This document shows, in pieces, positions 51,472-64,000 of a stretch of DNA of 64,000 nt (positions are counted from its first letter, which is position 1; every line of letters starts with the position of its first letter). Location of the stretch: contig MCFE01000393.1 in assembly GCA_002104905.1 (NCBI GenBank), positions 1 through 64,000 of the forward strand, written 5' to 3'. A program made the translations under genes and the position numbers. The notes under the pieces are model-generated. The model did not search any database. It saw only the letters and a list, made by a program, of their open reading frames with translations, and was not told where the DNA came from. The DNA is from Basidiobolus meristosporus CBS 931.73 (lineage: Eukaryota; Fungi; Basidiobolomycota).

Positions 51472-54272
51472 TGTAGTAAGAGTCTTAGAGATATTGGAAG
51501 TGATTGGGAGAACCAATAGATTTTGTAGTTTTTACTTAATGATCTAGTGAATGTAAAAGTAGCATTTATACTTTACAAGGTCTTGGCATAGAAGCACATA
51601 GAATAGGTTTAGAAAGATCCCAAGAGCATGTGTGCAAGGTTTGGGACTGTATGGACAACTTTGAAAGTTTTCATGTTCTGGGTACTCATATTTTGGTGAA
51701 AGTATTCTAAGTACATCCCAACATGGATTTTGGTTAGTATTCTTTAGGATCTGAAGGTAATGATCTAAGTGACTACAATAGGTGTATATTTAAGTGAAAT
51801 TACAAGTTTTTACAACACTCCCACTTAACTAAATGCTCATAATGACTAATCCTAATTTTGACCTACAATATTCAAACTTGTCTCTAGCTGATGATTTGGC
51901 AAATATGTCTGCAATCATTTGATATGTAGGGTAGTAAGCTAAGTTAACTAAGTTATTCTCTATAGCTTCATGTATGAAATGATGTCTATCATCTATGTGC
52001 TTAGTTCTAGCATGAAATCTGGATTTCTACCTAATTGTATACATCCTTGATTATCTTGAAATAAAGTAATAGTCATTTTTTGACATAAGCCTGAATTTTC
52101 AAAAGCTTCCTTAACCACATTACCTCTTTTATAGCTTCACAAGCTGCCATATACACTGCCTCTGTGGTAGAAAGTCCTCCAATTGGTTGTTTTCTTGAAT
52201 TCCATGAAATTACTCCTTGACAGTCAAGAAAGGTGCATCCTGTAGTGGGTCTTCTATCAACCAAAATTTGTCCCCAATCAGCATCAGAGTATCCCACAAG
52301 ATCCTGTTCTGAGTTCTTACCAGTGTATCTTAAGCAGATATCAGCAGTTCCCTTTAGGTATCCAAAAATCTGCTTAACTGCTGCTATATGATCAGATCCA
52401 TAGTTCTGGTTATGCTGGCTGACAGCTCCCACTGAATATGAGATATCTGGATGTATTCCAAGCATGAAATACATCACACTGCCAATCATTGATTGATAAG
52501 GAAAGACAGGGCTTTCAGATGGCACCAAGATCTCTTGATTTGGCTGAGTTTTGATCAAGTTAGGATTTGTCTCCATTGGGGTAGCTGCTGGTTGACAGTC
52601 TTCCATTTGGTACTTCTAAGTATATCTTGAGTATACTTGGATTGGCTTAGGGTGATAGTCTGGGTACTTCTGTCTATGAAGAATTTTATCCCTAAGTAGT
52701 AACTGAGTTCTCCTAGATTGGACATCTTGAACTCCTTAGATAGGCTGGATTTAGTCTCTTCCAATGTTTCTAGGTTATTGGCAGCTATAATAAGATTATC
52801 CATTTATAGACCTAATAGAACTGTATTTGCTTAATCTGGCTTATGGGATGTACTATAGTCAGCATTACTCTGTTTCAAACTCAAAGATTCCAAATAAGAA
52901 TCTATTTTGCAATTCCAGGCTCTTGGTGATTGTATCAGGCAGTTTAGAGACTTTTTAAGTTTGCAGACCAAATGGGAGTTATCTTGATCTACAAGCCCAT
53001 CAGGCTGGTCCATATACACATCCTCATCAAGTTCTCCATTCAAAAGTGCAGTTTTCACATCCATTTGATGTATAAAAAACTAGTATTTGGCTGCAATAGC
53101 CAATATTAATCAGATGGAATTAAACTTGGCTACCAGTGAAAAGGTCTCAGCATAGTCAAGCCCATTTGTTTGAGAGTATCCTTTGGCCATAGGTCTTGCC
53201 TTTTATCTTTCAGCTGTACCCTCAGCCTTGTATTTTGTCTTAAAGACCCATGGCATCCAACTAATTTTTGGTTGATTGGTAATTTGACCAAGTCCCAAGT
53301 TTGATTTTCCATTAGGGCCTGATATTTCTCAGTAATTGCACATCTCCAAAACTTTCTCTGAGGGCTATTTGGGGCCTCTTTTAGAGTCTGGGGCTCATCA
53401 ATATGGACTGAATAGGCATTGGCTGAGTTGGTACACTCATTGATAAAGTAGTTGGGGCCATTTCTTGTTCAGCTCAATCTTTGGGCATTCAGTACTAAAA
53501 TGATCAGTTATGGAATATTCCTGGGAACTGCTTCAAGCTGAGCCACAGTTGTTGAGTCCTCTGCAGTGAAAAAGTTCTTGTTTTGCTCTGATTCAATCCT
53601 GACAATTGGTGGACTTGAGATCAGATTTTTGTCATCATCTGATGTCATTTTTTGTGAAAATTCTGAAACTTAATCCAACAACACATCCCTGGACTTGATC
53701 AGCTTCTTTGCTTTGGTATTATAGAGTGTGTATGCTATACTCTCATTGCAGTAGCTCAAAAATAAGCATTTCTCACTTTTTTGCTCATATTGTGACTGAG
53801 CTCTTGGGAGTTTCTTAGCATATGCTGTACACCCAAATATTCCTTGATGCTCTGCACTTGGTCTGTATCCATACCATGCTTCAAATGGAGTAGAAACACA
53901 GAGTATTCTGTTATAACTCCTATTTTTAAGGTACACAGCTGAGGCTATGGATTTTGCCTAAAAATTAAAGGATAGTTTTTGATTAAGGATCATAGATCTT
54001 ACCATGATGTTTATTTATCTGTTTGCATATTTTGCTACTCCATTTTGCTATGGGGAATATGCTATAGTAGTCTCTTGCTTTATCCCATGAGTTGTGCAGA
54101 AGTATATGGAGAATTTTGTGGTATATTCTCCACCATTATCAGAGTGTATTTTCCTGATTCTTGCACCAGTTTCTCTCTCCACCATGGCTTCAAACTCCCT
54201 GGGCTTAGACAGAACTTCTTCATTTCTCTCCATGAAGTAGACCCATGTGTATCTTGTATAATTATCAGTAAA

Positions 54273-56136
54273 AGTGACACCCACTGACAGATGTGCACAT
54301 TTGCATATTTTCTACTTGCCTATTTCTCTACTACACATATTTTAGTTTTATCCCATTTGTCTTACTTGATCAGTACTATCTCATAAGCCGGCTGACTATC
54401 ACACCTGCTTACCTTATTGCATAAGTTATCCCTCACTTTATGCAAGATTACTAGCTATAAGTGCTTCTATATTAGGGTAGTACCCATGCTAGTACCCATG
54501 ACACATAGTAACATATGTCACCATCCCTACCATTTCCACACCATGAATGGTATCCCTATGTTACACAGGTTTCAGAGTACTAATTCCTGATTGGTTGGAT
54601 GTGCTGTACCTCTTGGAACCTTCTGGCACCTACTTAGAATACTCCTAGCTCATTCTGATGTCATTAAGATTTCTATTGATCTCTGGAACCTTCTGGAACA
54701 CAATGATTTGTAATCACTTAGCCAGCAAGAAAAGTATATGGGGGAGACAATCCCTCAACAATAAATCATCATCCCTTTAATCAATATACCAACTTGTCAA
54801 TTAGTGTGATCACTGCTACCTACCACTACCTGAACCTCCAATCCCAGGCCACAGGACACTCCCAGGAAACTGTGCTGACAGCCAACTGACCCTGGAGGCA
54901 CTACTTGTGAGGAATACTCAGAGCAGGTATCTTTTATTATATTTAATTCTTTCCCAAGTTTGTACTGCTACAGGCAAAGATACTTTTCTTACTTTGTAAC
55001 TATTGACTGCAGCTGCATTCTTATCAAGTCCCTGCTGGTGGAGTTTACAGTTGTTTTGACCTTGGATGCTTTAGTACATTGTCATCTCAAAAGATGCTGA
55101 ACCCAGCACATACTTTTGTTAAGATACCAACTAAGTTGGGGATTGTAGCTCAATAGTTTTTCCTTGACAAGCTTGTGGCTTTATTCCCCATCACATTAGA
55201 TTAGAGACAGAACCCAAGTATTCCTAGCAAGCTTTTGCCAGAGGTTATTGCACCCAGTAAACACCCCATACAAATAAAACTTGAGAAGTGTTGGTCATTG
55301 TGGTGGTGTAGAGGTACTCCTGGGAGAAGCTACACAACTCAAGGTGTGTGAGGTGTCTGATGGGTGCAATAACCTCTGTGTCTAAACTGCTGGTATCTTT
55401 GCCAATATGTCACTATGGTAAAAGCTCCTGCTTCTCTAGCTTCCTAGGTGCTCCAAGTGTCTCCAAAGGCCTCTGTGTGTCTTGTGCACTACCTTGAAAA
55501 GCTCCTTGATGGCAGGTCTGAGATGTACTGTTGAAGGCAGGTGCAGTGATCAACTGCTAATCAATAAGGTAGAAGTGCTACTGATAGAAGGGATGATTTA
55601 TTGATGAGGGATTGCTTTCCCTTAAATACTTTTCCTGATTGCCAAGTGATTACTAATGACATGGTTCTAGAAGACTCTAGGCATCAGTGGAATTCTTGAT
55701 GATATCACTATGAGCTAAAAATATGCCAAGAATGTCCTGGAAGGTTCTAAAGGGCACAGCACATCCAATCAATCAGGAATCAGTAGTCTGAAACCTGTGC
55801 AACATAGAAATACCATATATGGTATTGAAATGGTAGGGATGGTAACACAGACCTAGGTCATGTGCCACAGGTACTGACGCGGGTACTTGCCTTATGTAGA
55901 TAAATATACTGATCACAAAGCTGAATAACATCTGGGATAACTAATGCTAATAACTAATCAGGGTAAACATCATATGGGGATAATACTGATAATATGGGCA
56001 AAAGAAGAATGGGATAATACTGATAAGATAAAATATGGATAAGTATATCATAATGACTATATGAATAAACTTGTCTGTGGAAGGTATGATTACCCTACCA
56101 CAACATATCTCTCCTTTGGACTTATACACCACCACT
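54273..56136. mobile_element. Solo LTR B inserted in the copia integrase, itself interrupted by solo LTR C
   Basis: 54279-55298 is the reverse complement of 56941-57959, and its missing start is found at 56103-56136. It splits integrase ...SLGG | VTFTD.... Confidence 0.75.
55299..56102. mobile_element. Solo LTR C (related subfamily) nested inside solo LTR B
   Basis: TGTGGTGG...CCTACCACA termini with 4-bp TSD TCAT/ACAT. Shares blocks with 56913-57978 (gggtgcaataacctctg; cagcacatccaa.caatcagg). Confidence 0.75.
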
Positions 56137-56912
56137 CCACCTAAGGATAAATTTTGCATAGGTCCAAAAAGATCTGAATGAAATAGATCTGATTTTTTCT
56201 TAGTTTTGATTAGCCCAGAGCTCTTGAACAGTTGTCTGGCTTGTTTCCCATATATGCAGGCTTCACAGTGATCCAAATTAGCTGGGGGATCAATTTTTAC
56301 TCCAGAAATTAGCGGAAATTTGAACATTTTGTGCAAATGATCAAAATTGATGTGTCCAAATCCCCTGTGCCAAAGCATAGGTGTTTTTTCATTCAAGTTA
56401 TTTTTATTGACTTCCAAATATGACGGATTATAAGTCAACTTATGCAGATTCTGATCTCTGCTACCCAAAGCAATATGAGCACCATTTTGATCAGTGATCC
56501 TGCATCCAGAATTGTCAAAGCTCAAACTGAGTCCTTTTGTTGTGGCCTTGCTTACAGATAGTTGGTTCTTGGCTATTTCTGGTACATGGAGTATTTCTTC
56601 AAAGGTCAGTATATGGCTTTTTTCACTGCTTCTAAGGTTTACTGCAATATTTCCTTCTCCCACTGCATCATGTGTTCTATCATCACCCATGAAAACCTCT
56701 TAATTCAAATTTCTTGATATGGGGTAAAAAGTTCTATTAAGTGTGTAATGTGTTGAGATGCTCCAGAGTCAATATTCCATGGCTGAGAGTCCTTGTTTGT
56801 GGTCATATTAAGTTTACATATGAAATGTCTATCTTCAGTTGTTGCAGCTTTTCCATATTGAGGCTTTTTCTGCTCACCATTGCTCTTTTTCAATCACTAG
56901 TCTGATGTGCAT

Positions 56913-57978
56913 TGTGGTAGTGTATAGGTCCAAGGGAGAGATATGTCCAACACTTCTCAAGTGTTTTGTGTGTGGGGTGTTCACTGGGTGCAATAACCTC
57001 TGGCAAAAGCTTGCTAGGAATATTTGGGTTCTGTCTCTAATCTAATGTGAAGGGGAATAAAGCCACAAGCTTGTCAAGGGAAAACTATTGAGCTACAATC
57101 CCCAACTTAGTTGGCATCTTAACAAAAGTATGTGCTGGGTTCAGCATCCTTTGAGATGACAATGTACTAAAGCTTCCAAAGTCAAAAGAGCTGTAAACTC
57201 CACCAGCAGGGACTTGATAAGAATGCAGCTGTGATCAATAGTTACAAAGATAGAAAAGTGTCTTTGCCTGTACAAGAACAAACTTGGGAAAGAATCAAAT
57301 ATAGTAAAAGATACCTACTCTGAGTATTCCTCACAAGTAGTGCCTCCAAGGTCAGTTGGCATCAGCATGGTTTCCTGGGTGTGTCCTGTGGTCTGGAGTT
57401 GGAAGTTCAGGTAGCAGCAGGTAGCAGTGATCACACTAATCAACAAGTTGGTATATTGATAAAAGGGATGATGATTTATTGTTGAGGGATAGCCTCCCTT
57501 ATATACTTTTCTTACTGGCTAAGTGATTACTAATCAAGGTGTTCCAGAAGGTTCTGGATCTTAATAGAAATCTTAATGACATCAGAATGACTTAAGAATG
57601 TTCTAAGTAGGTGCCGGAAGGTTCCAAGAGGTACAGCACATCCAACCAATCAGGTATCAGTATTCTGAAACCTGTGTAACATAGGGATACCATATATGGT
57701 ATGGAAATGTGATGGTGACACAGGTTGATCATGTGTCATGGGTACTGGCGCGGGTACTTGCATAATATAGAGGCACTTATAGCTAGTAATCTTACATAAA
57801 GTGAGGGGTAACTTATGCAATAAGGTAAGTAGGTATGATAGTCAACTGGCTTATGGGATAGTACTGATTGGGTAAGACAAATGGGATAAAACTAAAATAA
57901 ATGTAGTAGAGATATAGGGAAGTAGAAAATACGGGAATGAGCATATCTGTCAGTGGGTGTCACTGTCACCCCACTACA
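56913..57978. mobile_element. Solo LTR A inserted in the copia gag zinc knuckle
   Basis: TGTGGTAG...CCACTACA termini with exact 4-bp TSD GCAT (56909-56912 / 57979-57982). Removing it rejoins CNYCKRKG to downstream gag. Confidence 0.85.
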
Positions 57979-59056
57979 GCATCCTTTCCTTTTGCAGTAG
58001 TTGCAAAGCAGGTTGTTATTGCCTTTACAAGGTCTTGGGCATTTCCTTAGTTGGTTATCATTGCTTATTAAAGCATTTCTTCTTCCTTTGTATTGGCTCT
58101 TGATTTTCTTAATGCTTCATCCAGGAGCCTTCCATGTACAAAATTTACGGTCAAATCTTCAATTCTGAGCTCTAAAACTGATACATGGCCCTGAAGCTTG
58201 TCTGTGAGGTTATTTAGGATGGTTACTATCACATCCATATCAGTAGTTGGTACACCCACAGATTCCATCTCATCTACCAGCAGGGTAATTCTATTGACTA
58301 GATTTTTCATATCTTCTCCTGGCCACATTTTTGTAGTACAATTTTTTGTCTAAGATACATTCTCTTGGCAGCTGAATAAGACTGGTAGGTGTCTTCTAAT
58401 GCCTTCCAAGCATTCTTTGCCATTTTTGCTCTTGAGCATTGAATTAGCTATTTGTTTTTGACATTAAGGCAAATGCAGTTAAAGGCACTCTGTTCTTACT
58501 TCTAGTACATTAAGAATTCCTCCCCATGTTTTTAGGAGGGCATTGTTCTCTCATGACAATATCCTAAAGTCCTCTTTCTTGCAACAGCATATTCATCTTC
58601 ACCTTCCACATTTGGTGGTTAGATCCATCTAACTTCTCAGCAGAGGAAAAATTTCAATAATAGCAGTAATAGACATAATAGAGAGTGACAGCTTAGGGTT
58701 CTTAACCTGTTGTAAGAGTCTTGGAGATATTGAAAGTGATTGGGAGATCCAGTAGATATTGTGGTTTTCACTTAGTGAATTATTGAATGTAAAAGTAATA
58801 TTTATACTGTTGCATGCTCTTGGCATAACAAACATAAAGAGTAGGTTTACAAAGGTTCCATGAGCTTGTGTGCAAAGTTTGGAGCTGTTTGGACAACTTT
58901 CAGAATTTTCATCTTTTGAGTACTTGAAATTTTGGTGAAAATATACAAAGTCAATCCCAACAAGGCTTTTAGTCAGTATTCCTTAGAATTTGAAGGTAAT
59001 AATCCAAGTGACTAAGTTAGGTGAGTATTTAAGTGGAGTTGCAAGTCTTTACAACC

Positions 59057-62000
59057 ACATATTCCTTCTCCCTGCTGGATTCTAGTCACCTTTATGGGAG
59101 CACTCTGTCTCTTGTTTGTGTGACTTCAATATTGGATGGTGAAGAAACTGGCTTACAATATAGAGAAACTTGGCATACTTTGGTAAGGCTATCTTAATAA
59201 ATACTAGCTGCTTGATGCACCTAGCCCAACTTTGCATTACTTAGGGTAAGTAGATACTCTGTAACACCTTGTCAGTTCTTTCAAATTTCTCTGATATCTT
59301 GAAAGGCTCATTTAGCTTGAAATGTGCCATGTGCAACTTGGTCATCAATATAGGGATAATGTTGAAAAGCAAGTGCATTACTCCCAGTGGAAAGCTTTTA
59401 CTCCTACAGATACCCACTACCTGAGGTATCCCAGGTTTTGGATTAATTCTGTATTCTGGCCAATGGCTTATAGCTAGCTAACTTTGCTGCAATTCCATGC
59501 TGACTTATGTATATTCTTGCTGTGCAAAGATGATGTTCTCAATGTTGGTATTGGTATAATAAAATGTTTGCAATCTATGGAGTAAATTCCCTGGATCTCA
59601 CACATTTCACAGCAAAACCATTTATTGTGCCCAGAAAAGCCAGCAATTTTAGTGATGGCTGGGATATCACCAACTCAGTTAAAGATAGGCACTTTGATAT
59701 GATGGCCATTTGGTAGTATCCTGCTGGAAAGCATATAAAAGTCATCAAGCAACAGATACAGGTAGCTATGAATGTTAGACATTGATTTAGCCCCAGATAC
59801 CAGTGAGACTACAATCAGATTTCTGGTCTGATACTATAAGATAGGTGCAGATTCTGCTTGATGAGAAACAGTGGCCAGAAGGATATGCTGGTAGAGTACT
59901 TGTTAAATGAGAATCCATCACATGCCAAGGCAAAGGCATGGTCATACATACCTTCATAGTAGCCCTTGCTTCTTGGTTGTTTGCAATGTTAGCCATTAAA
60001 TATATCACAAACATTTGCTCTTGATTAATACTAGGTGCAGTACTTTTTTTTCTCAGAAGTAATAATAAATGCTCAAAGCCCTCATTGCTTATATTGGCGG
60101 AAACCTGCCACTTCTCTAGCCACAATATTACATTGTTCACCAGTAGATGTACTACTGGGCTCACTTGGCTCCATAATGTATCCTTGGACTTTTTTTCTAT
60201 GGGTGTTGCCTCAATGCAGATAGAGATTTGGCCAGACTCATGCAGGGTACCGTTGTTAGGGTGGATAGGCTCACAATCCATCAGGGAGCCTTCTTCTTCA
60301 GTGCTATCTCTTTGTGTGTTGTATTCATTTGCTCTTCAACATAACTCTAAAAAAAATGACTAAGTGATACCTGGGGTATTTCATGCTAAATGAGCTCATT
60401 GAAATATCTGAAGAATTTGAAATAATTGGCAAGATATTACCAAGTATCTACTAATTAATGAACATTATAGAAGCTCCAATCAATATTCATATACATATGC
60501 AACAATATAAATGTAAGGACAGAGCTCTAATGGCCTCATTGTGGCTCTCTGCTTGATTATAATGACAGTACCACAGTCTACAGCTAGCCCTGTATAATGC
60601 TACCATACAAATTTGGTAAATGGAGTTTCCTGTTATTACCTCCCCATGGGCCAAGCTCATGCTCTACTGTAGAATCACCCCTTGTTAATTGCTTACCCAC
60701 TACTACCTTGGGTATTCCACATATAGTTGGAATCAAAGAAAATTATTGCCCCCTGCTTACTAACCTCTGCATATGAACACACCCACTGCAGTATACACAC
60801 TTGTATCACTGCAACTTTATGTATTTCAGTGTGATACTTGCAAAGCTGCCATACACCTTGTATTGTTGATAGCATATGTAAATTACAAACACTAGCTTGG
60901 TTGGCACCACTTTTGCCATGAATACCTCCTGAATATCTGGCAAGGACTTTTTGGTACTTGGCCAATAGACTTGTTCCATTATACCATGCCAGGGCATAAG
61001 GTGCAATTTGAGGTTGTTAAGAACTAGGTGCAATGCTGTGGCTAACAGTTGGTAGGATTGCTCTTGGACAGGTTTGCACTATGTGGGATGATTTTGCACA
61101 CTATGACACAGTTTGACTCAATAAGGTTGGTATGGATGATTGTGCCAACTTGTAATGTTTGCACCATGTGTGCAATTGGATACCACTATTATAATAGATA
61201 AAATCTGGTATTTGAATCAGTTTCTTCAAGATTACTCAAAATTAATGTGCATCACACTATAGAATACATTGATACTTACCATCTTGATTACCATCACTAC
61301 AATTGGACAGTATCTCAGTAGTTGATTGATCTAAAGGTATCCTGAATCTGTGAGCCCCCATATGGCTTATTGACCAATACACAAGCTACTTAGTTTGCCA
61401 TCAAATATTCCATTTTGCCCATTGAGCAGGTCAATCCCTGAACTTAGGGACTGGACAAGGTTGTGTAGCTATTACTTTACTGGTTAGGTTGGTGCAAAAC
61501 AGATCAGATAGCTGCACTGGTTTTGCAGATGATCTATTGGTATTTAAGGTGTATATTTATAAGGTTTTGCCACAAATGCAAGACTTCCCTGAAACTACTT
61601 ATATTAAAGATTTAGCAATCACTGGTTTGCAAATGGCTTTTTTAGATTGCAAAAAAATGCATTACTTGGATCATGACAAATGATAGCAACTCAATGCAAT
61701 CACATTAACTTCTCCTAGGTTTTTTCTTACAGGTTTCACTACAGAAGCAATTGGTAGTGTTTCACTTTGCATACCTAAAGCACTTCCTTGTTGACTATCA
61801 TCTTGGCTACTTGTGTACTTGTAGACAATATTATGCTTCCTGGTTGATAATTGCACTGCTGAAGCTTAGCTGTACTGAATAGCTCCAGATGGTGGTACAG
61901 AACCAGCCTGAAGTGCCATGCACTGACACATTCTTTTACTTACTAAAGTCTCCTGATATTGAGGTACTTTGAGTGGGCCTTCATTGGTCAGTTCTCCAGA

Positions 62001-64000
62001 AGTTACTCACTGATGGTAAGGTTTAAGAAAACATGCAGGTGCAACAAGAGAGAATTATGAGGCAATTAGGTAGAGTGGCTGATAGGATAGTTGCAAGGGC
62101 CCAGAGAAATTAGGCAATGGTCTAGAAACAGGATGAGTGGCTAATGGATGTAGTGCAATCAATATAATAGGTACAGAATGCAGCATCTTTACTGCAAAGA
62201 AGGTACTCAAGTAGCTCAATGTTGCAGCCAAGAACTGAGTCATTTCCCAGTGTAGCTGCTGAGGCACACTGTACAGTCTTGAAGCATAACAGCAGTGCCC
62301 AAGGATAAAGCCTACAAAAAAATGTATCACATCAGGGGTGGAGAGACTGTGGTGCTTATATTCAAGCCAACAAATCAAAGGACATTGAAGATCCATGAAA
62401 CCATTGAGTGTAAGGATGAAGAGTGTCCTAATATGCAAGAGGCCTTTAGAGGTCTAGTAGGGTTCATCTTACAACCAGCTTTCCATGGTATTATCAGGAA
62501 CTGAAGGTCAAGCAGAATGCACTTGACCTGTTGCATTAGCATTATCCCAGATTCAAGCAAGCAAACAGTCTATGGGTCAGCATTGGAATGCTAATAATAT
62601 GTCTCAACAATAGCAGAAACTATCAAAGACAGAAGAACAAGTGTGCCATGGCCAAAAACCAGAGGCTTCCTCAAGAGCTTGTCAAAAGCAGGGCTGAAAG
62701 CCCCAAACAAGCAATAAAGTAACACCAGGTAGTCAGAAGAGTGCTAGTAAGGCACAGGCATTTCAAAACAGATGCATCAGTACAGTATTTGTTAAGGAGC
62801 AAACATAGCTCAATGTAAGAAGCATTGAGGCATGGTAGCAGTTGAGGACTTGCAAGTGATAAAGCCCGCAGCTTTCCCAGGAGCCCATCACCAGTAGGGC
62901 TGGAAGCTCCAAACAAGCAGCAAAGAAATGGTTGGCAGTCAGATGAGTGCCAGTAAGAGACACAGGCAGAAACACATGCATTGGTACAACATATATCAAG
63001 GAAAAAACAGAGTTCAATATAATAAGCACTCAATCAGAGTAGCAGTCAAGGACTTCACAGCAATAAAAGCCTATGGCCTTCTTGGGAGCCCATTACAAGC
63101 AAGGCTGGAAGTTCCAAACAAGTGAAAAGGAATTGTCAGGTTGCCAGGATAGTGCCAGCAAGGGACAAGCAGGCAAAAACACATCCACCAGTGCAGCATT
63201 CATAAAGGAGAAAACAAAGTGTAATGCTAGAAGCACTTGGTCACAATAGTAGTCCCTATCAAAAGTAAATTGGTCCTGCATGTGCATCCATTCTGGATCA
63301 GCTGTTGGCAATGATTCTGTTATAATGCTAGCAGCTTGAAATTTATGACTCCCCGTAAAATCTTATAATGTGATTGTATTGGTGTTTTGCAGATTTTACT
63401 GCCAAATAAAATAATAAACTTGACAGTACTTTAGTGGTCCTTCAGGAAAAATTGCAAGGTATTGTACAGTCTTGATGTGCTTTTCATTTATTCAAGTGGA
63501 CCTAGCCCGCCAATATATTCAATTTCCTTATACAGCTATAAACTTAGTGCTGTTCTGAGGGCCTCATTGCTAATCTCTGCTGCCATCATAACGGCTGCCT
63601 ACAGATAGTTCTGTATAATGCAACTGCACCAATTTACCAAAAGGCATTTTCTTTTCCTACCTCCCCTTGTGCTATTCCTATGTTTTGCTGCAGAATCACC
63701 CCTCTTTGACCACTACTTTCTTGGGTATTTCACATACAGCTTGAGTCAAAAAAAACTATGGCCTCCTGCTCACTAACCTCTACATATGTGCACACCTGCT
63801 GCAATTGACACACTTTCCCTAAGAAAAAAAACTGAGAAAAGGCCAGCAAAAAACCATGATAGTATCAGCTAAATCCAAGTTACTCAAAATTGCCAACTCT
63901 AAATATCTCTGTTCTGAGCTGATGGGTAGGCAAGCAAACAAGTTCTCCAGGATGAGACTAGGCAAACTAGCATTCATACCAAATTTGGTATTTAGCTGCC
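59057..64000 (-). mobile_element. Degenerate CACTA-like transposon remnants (multiple pieces)
   Basis: 59590-60300 is homologous to the transposase remnant at 5100-6030. 60640-60960 and 63560-63810 are repeats of 51000-51470. CpG-free, no intact ORF. Confidence 0.6.
62650..63250. repeat. Three diverged ~205-nt tandem repeats (TE-internal)
   Basis: ggctg.aag..ccaaacaag at ~62691, 62897 and 63102. A reverse-complement copy of the unit lies at ~50430-50660. Confidence 0.75.

Larger units (their letters stand above)
51472..59056 (-). mobile_element. Full-length degenerate Ty1/copia LTR retrotransposon with nested insertions
   Basis: LTRs at 58708-59056 and 51472-51817, PBS-like GGTTAAGAACCC, PPT AAGTGGGAG. 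gag (EKLDGSN..MWK; CNYC), protease (WNIDSGASQH), integrase (SDNGGEY), RT (MDVKTA.LNGEL) and RNase H in copia order. Near-TSD ATATA/ACATA. Confidence 0.92.

Noticed and set aside
54279-57959. Single foldback/Mutator element with 1-kb TIRs that captured a copia fragment
   Set aside because: Each arm has its own LTR termini and TSD, and the enclosed copia sequence is colinear with the flanks, so these are independent solo LTR insertions.

Overview
Eukaryotic, intron-containing DNA from a fungus. Short GT-AG introns with CTAAC branch points, NoxA, an SreA-type GATA factor and animal-like SLC26/SLC25 genes suggest an early-diverging lineage such as Zoopagomycota (inference). A gene-dense island (~10.7-48.4 kb, about 20 genes) lies between two transposon graveyards (~0-9.9 kb and ~48.9-64 kb) that are almost devoid of CpG. 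The graveyards hold decayed CACTA, Ty1/copia and possibly hAT elements, plus a full-length copia carrying three nested solo LTRs. Island genes: RTC3, a ~2,220-aa secreted mucin with Cys-rich modules at both ends, an SSU1/TDT transporter, CBP20, MED6, SreA, a STAS-less SLC26, NoxA, pICln, IST1, a steroid 5-alpha-reductase-like gene, a WW protein, a 64-aa all-Cys RING, a nucleotidyltransferase, a mitochondrial glutamate carrier, a 7TM protein, PRMT3 and a secreted unknown. A bacterial-type GNAT with one intron sits in the left graveyard beside a decayed partial duplicate. I found no unambiguous novel multi-gene system. The best leads are the dumbbell mucin, the GNAT, the SreA/STAS-less SLC26/NoxA trio, the CpG decay and several microproteins. 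Exon boundaries were read by eye and no computation or database search was run.
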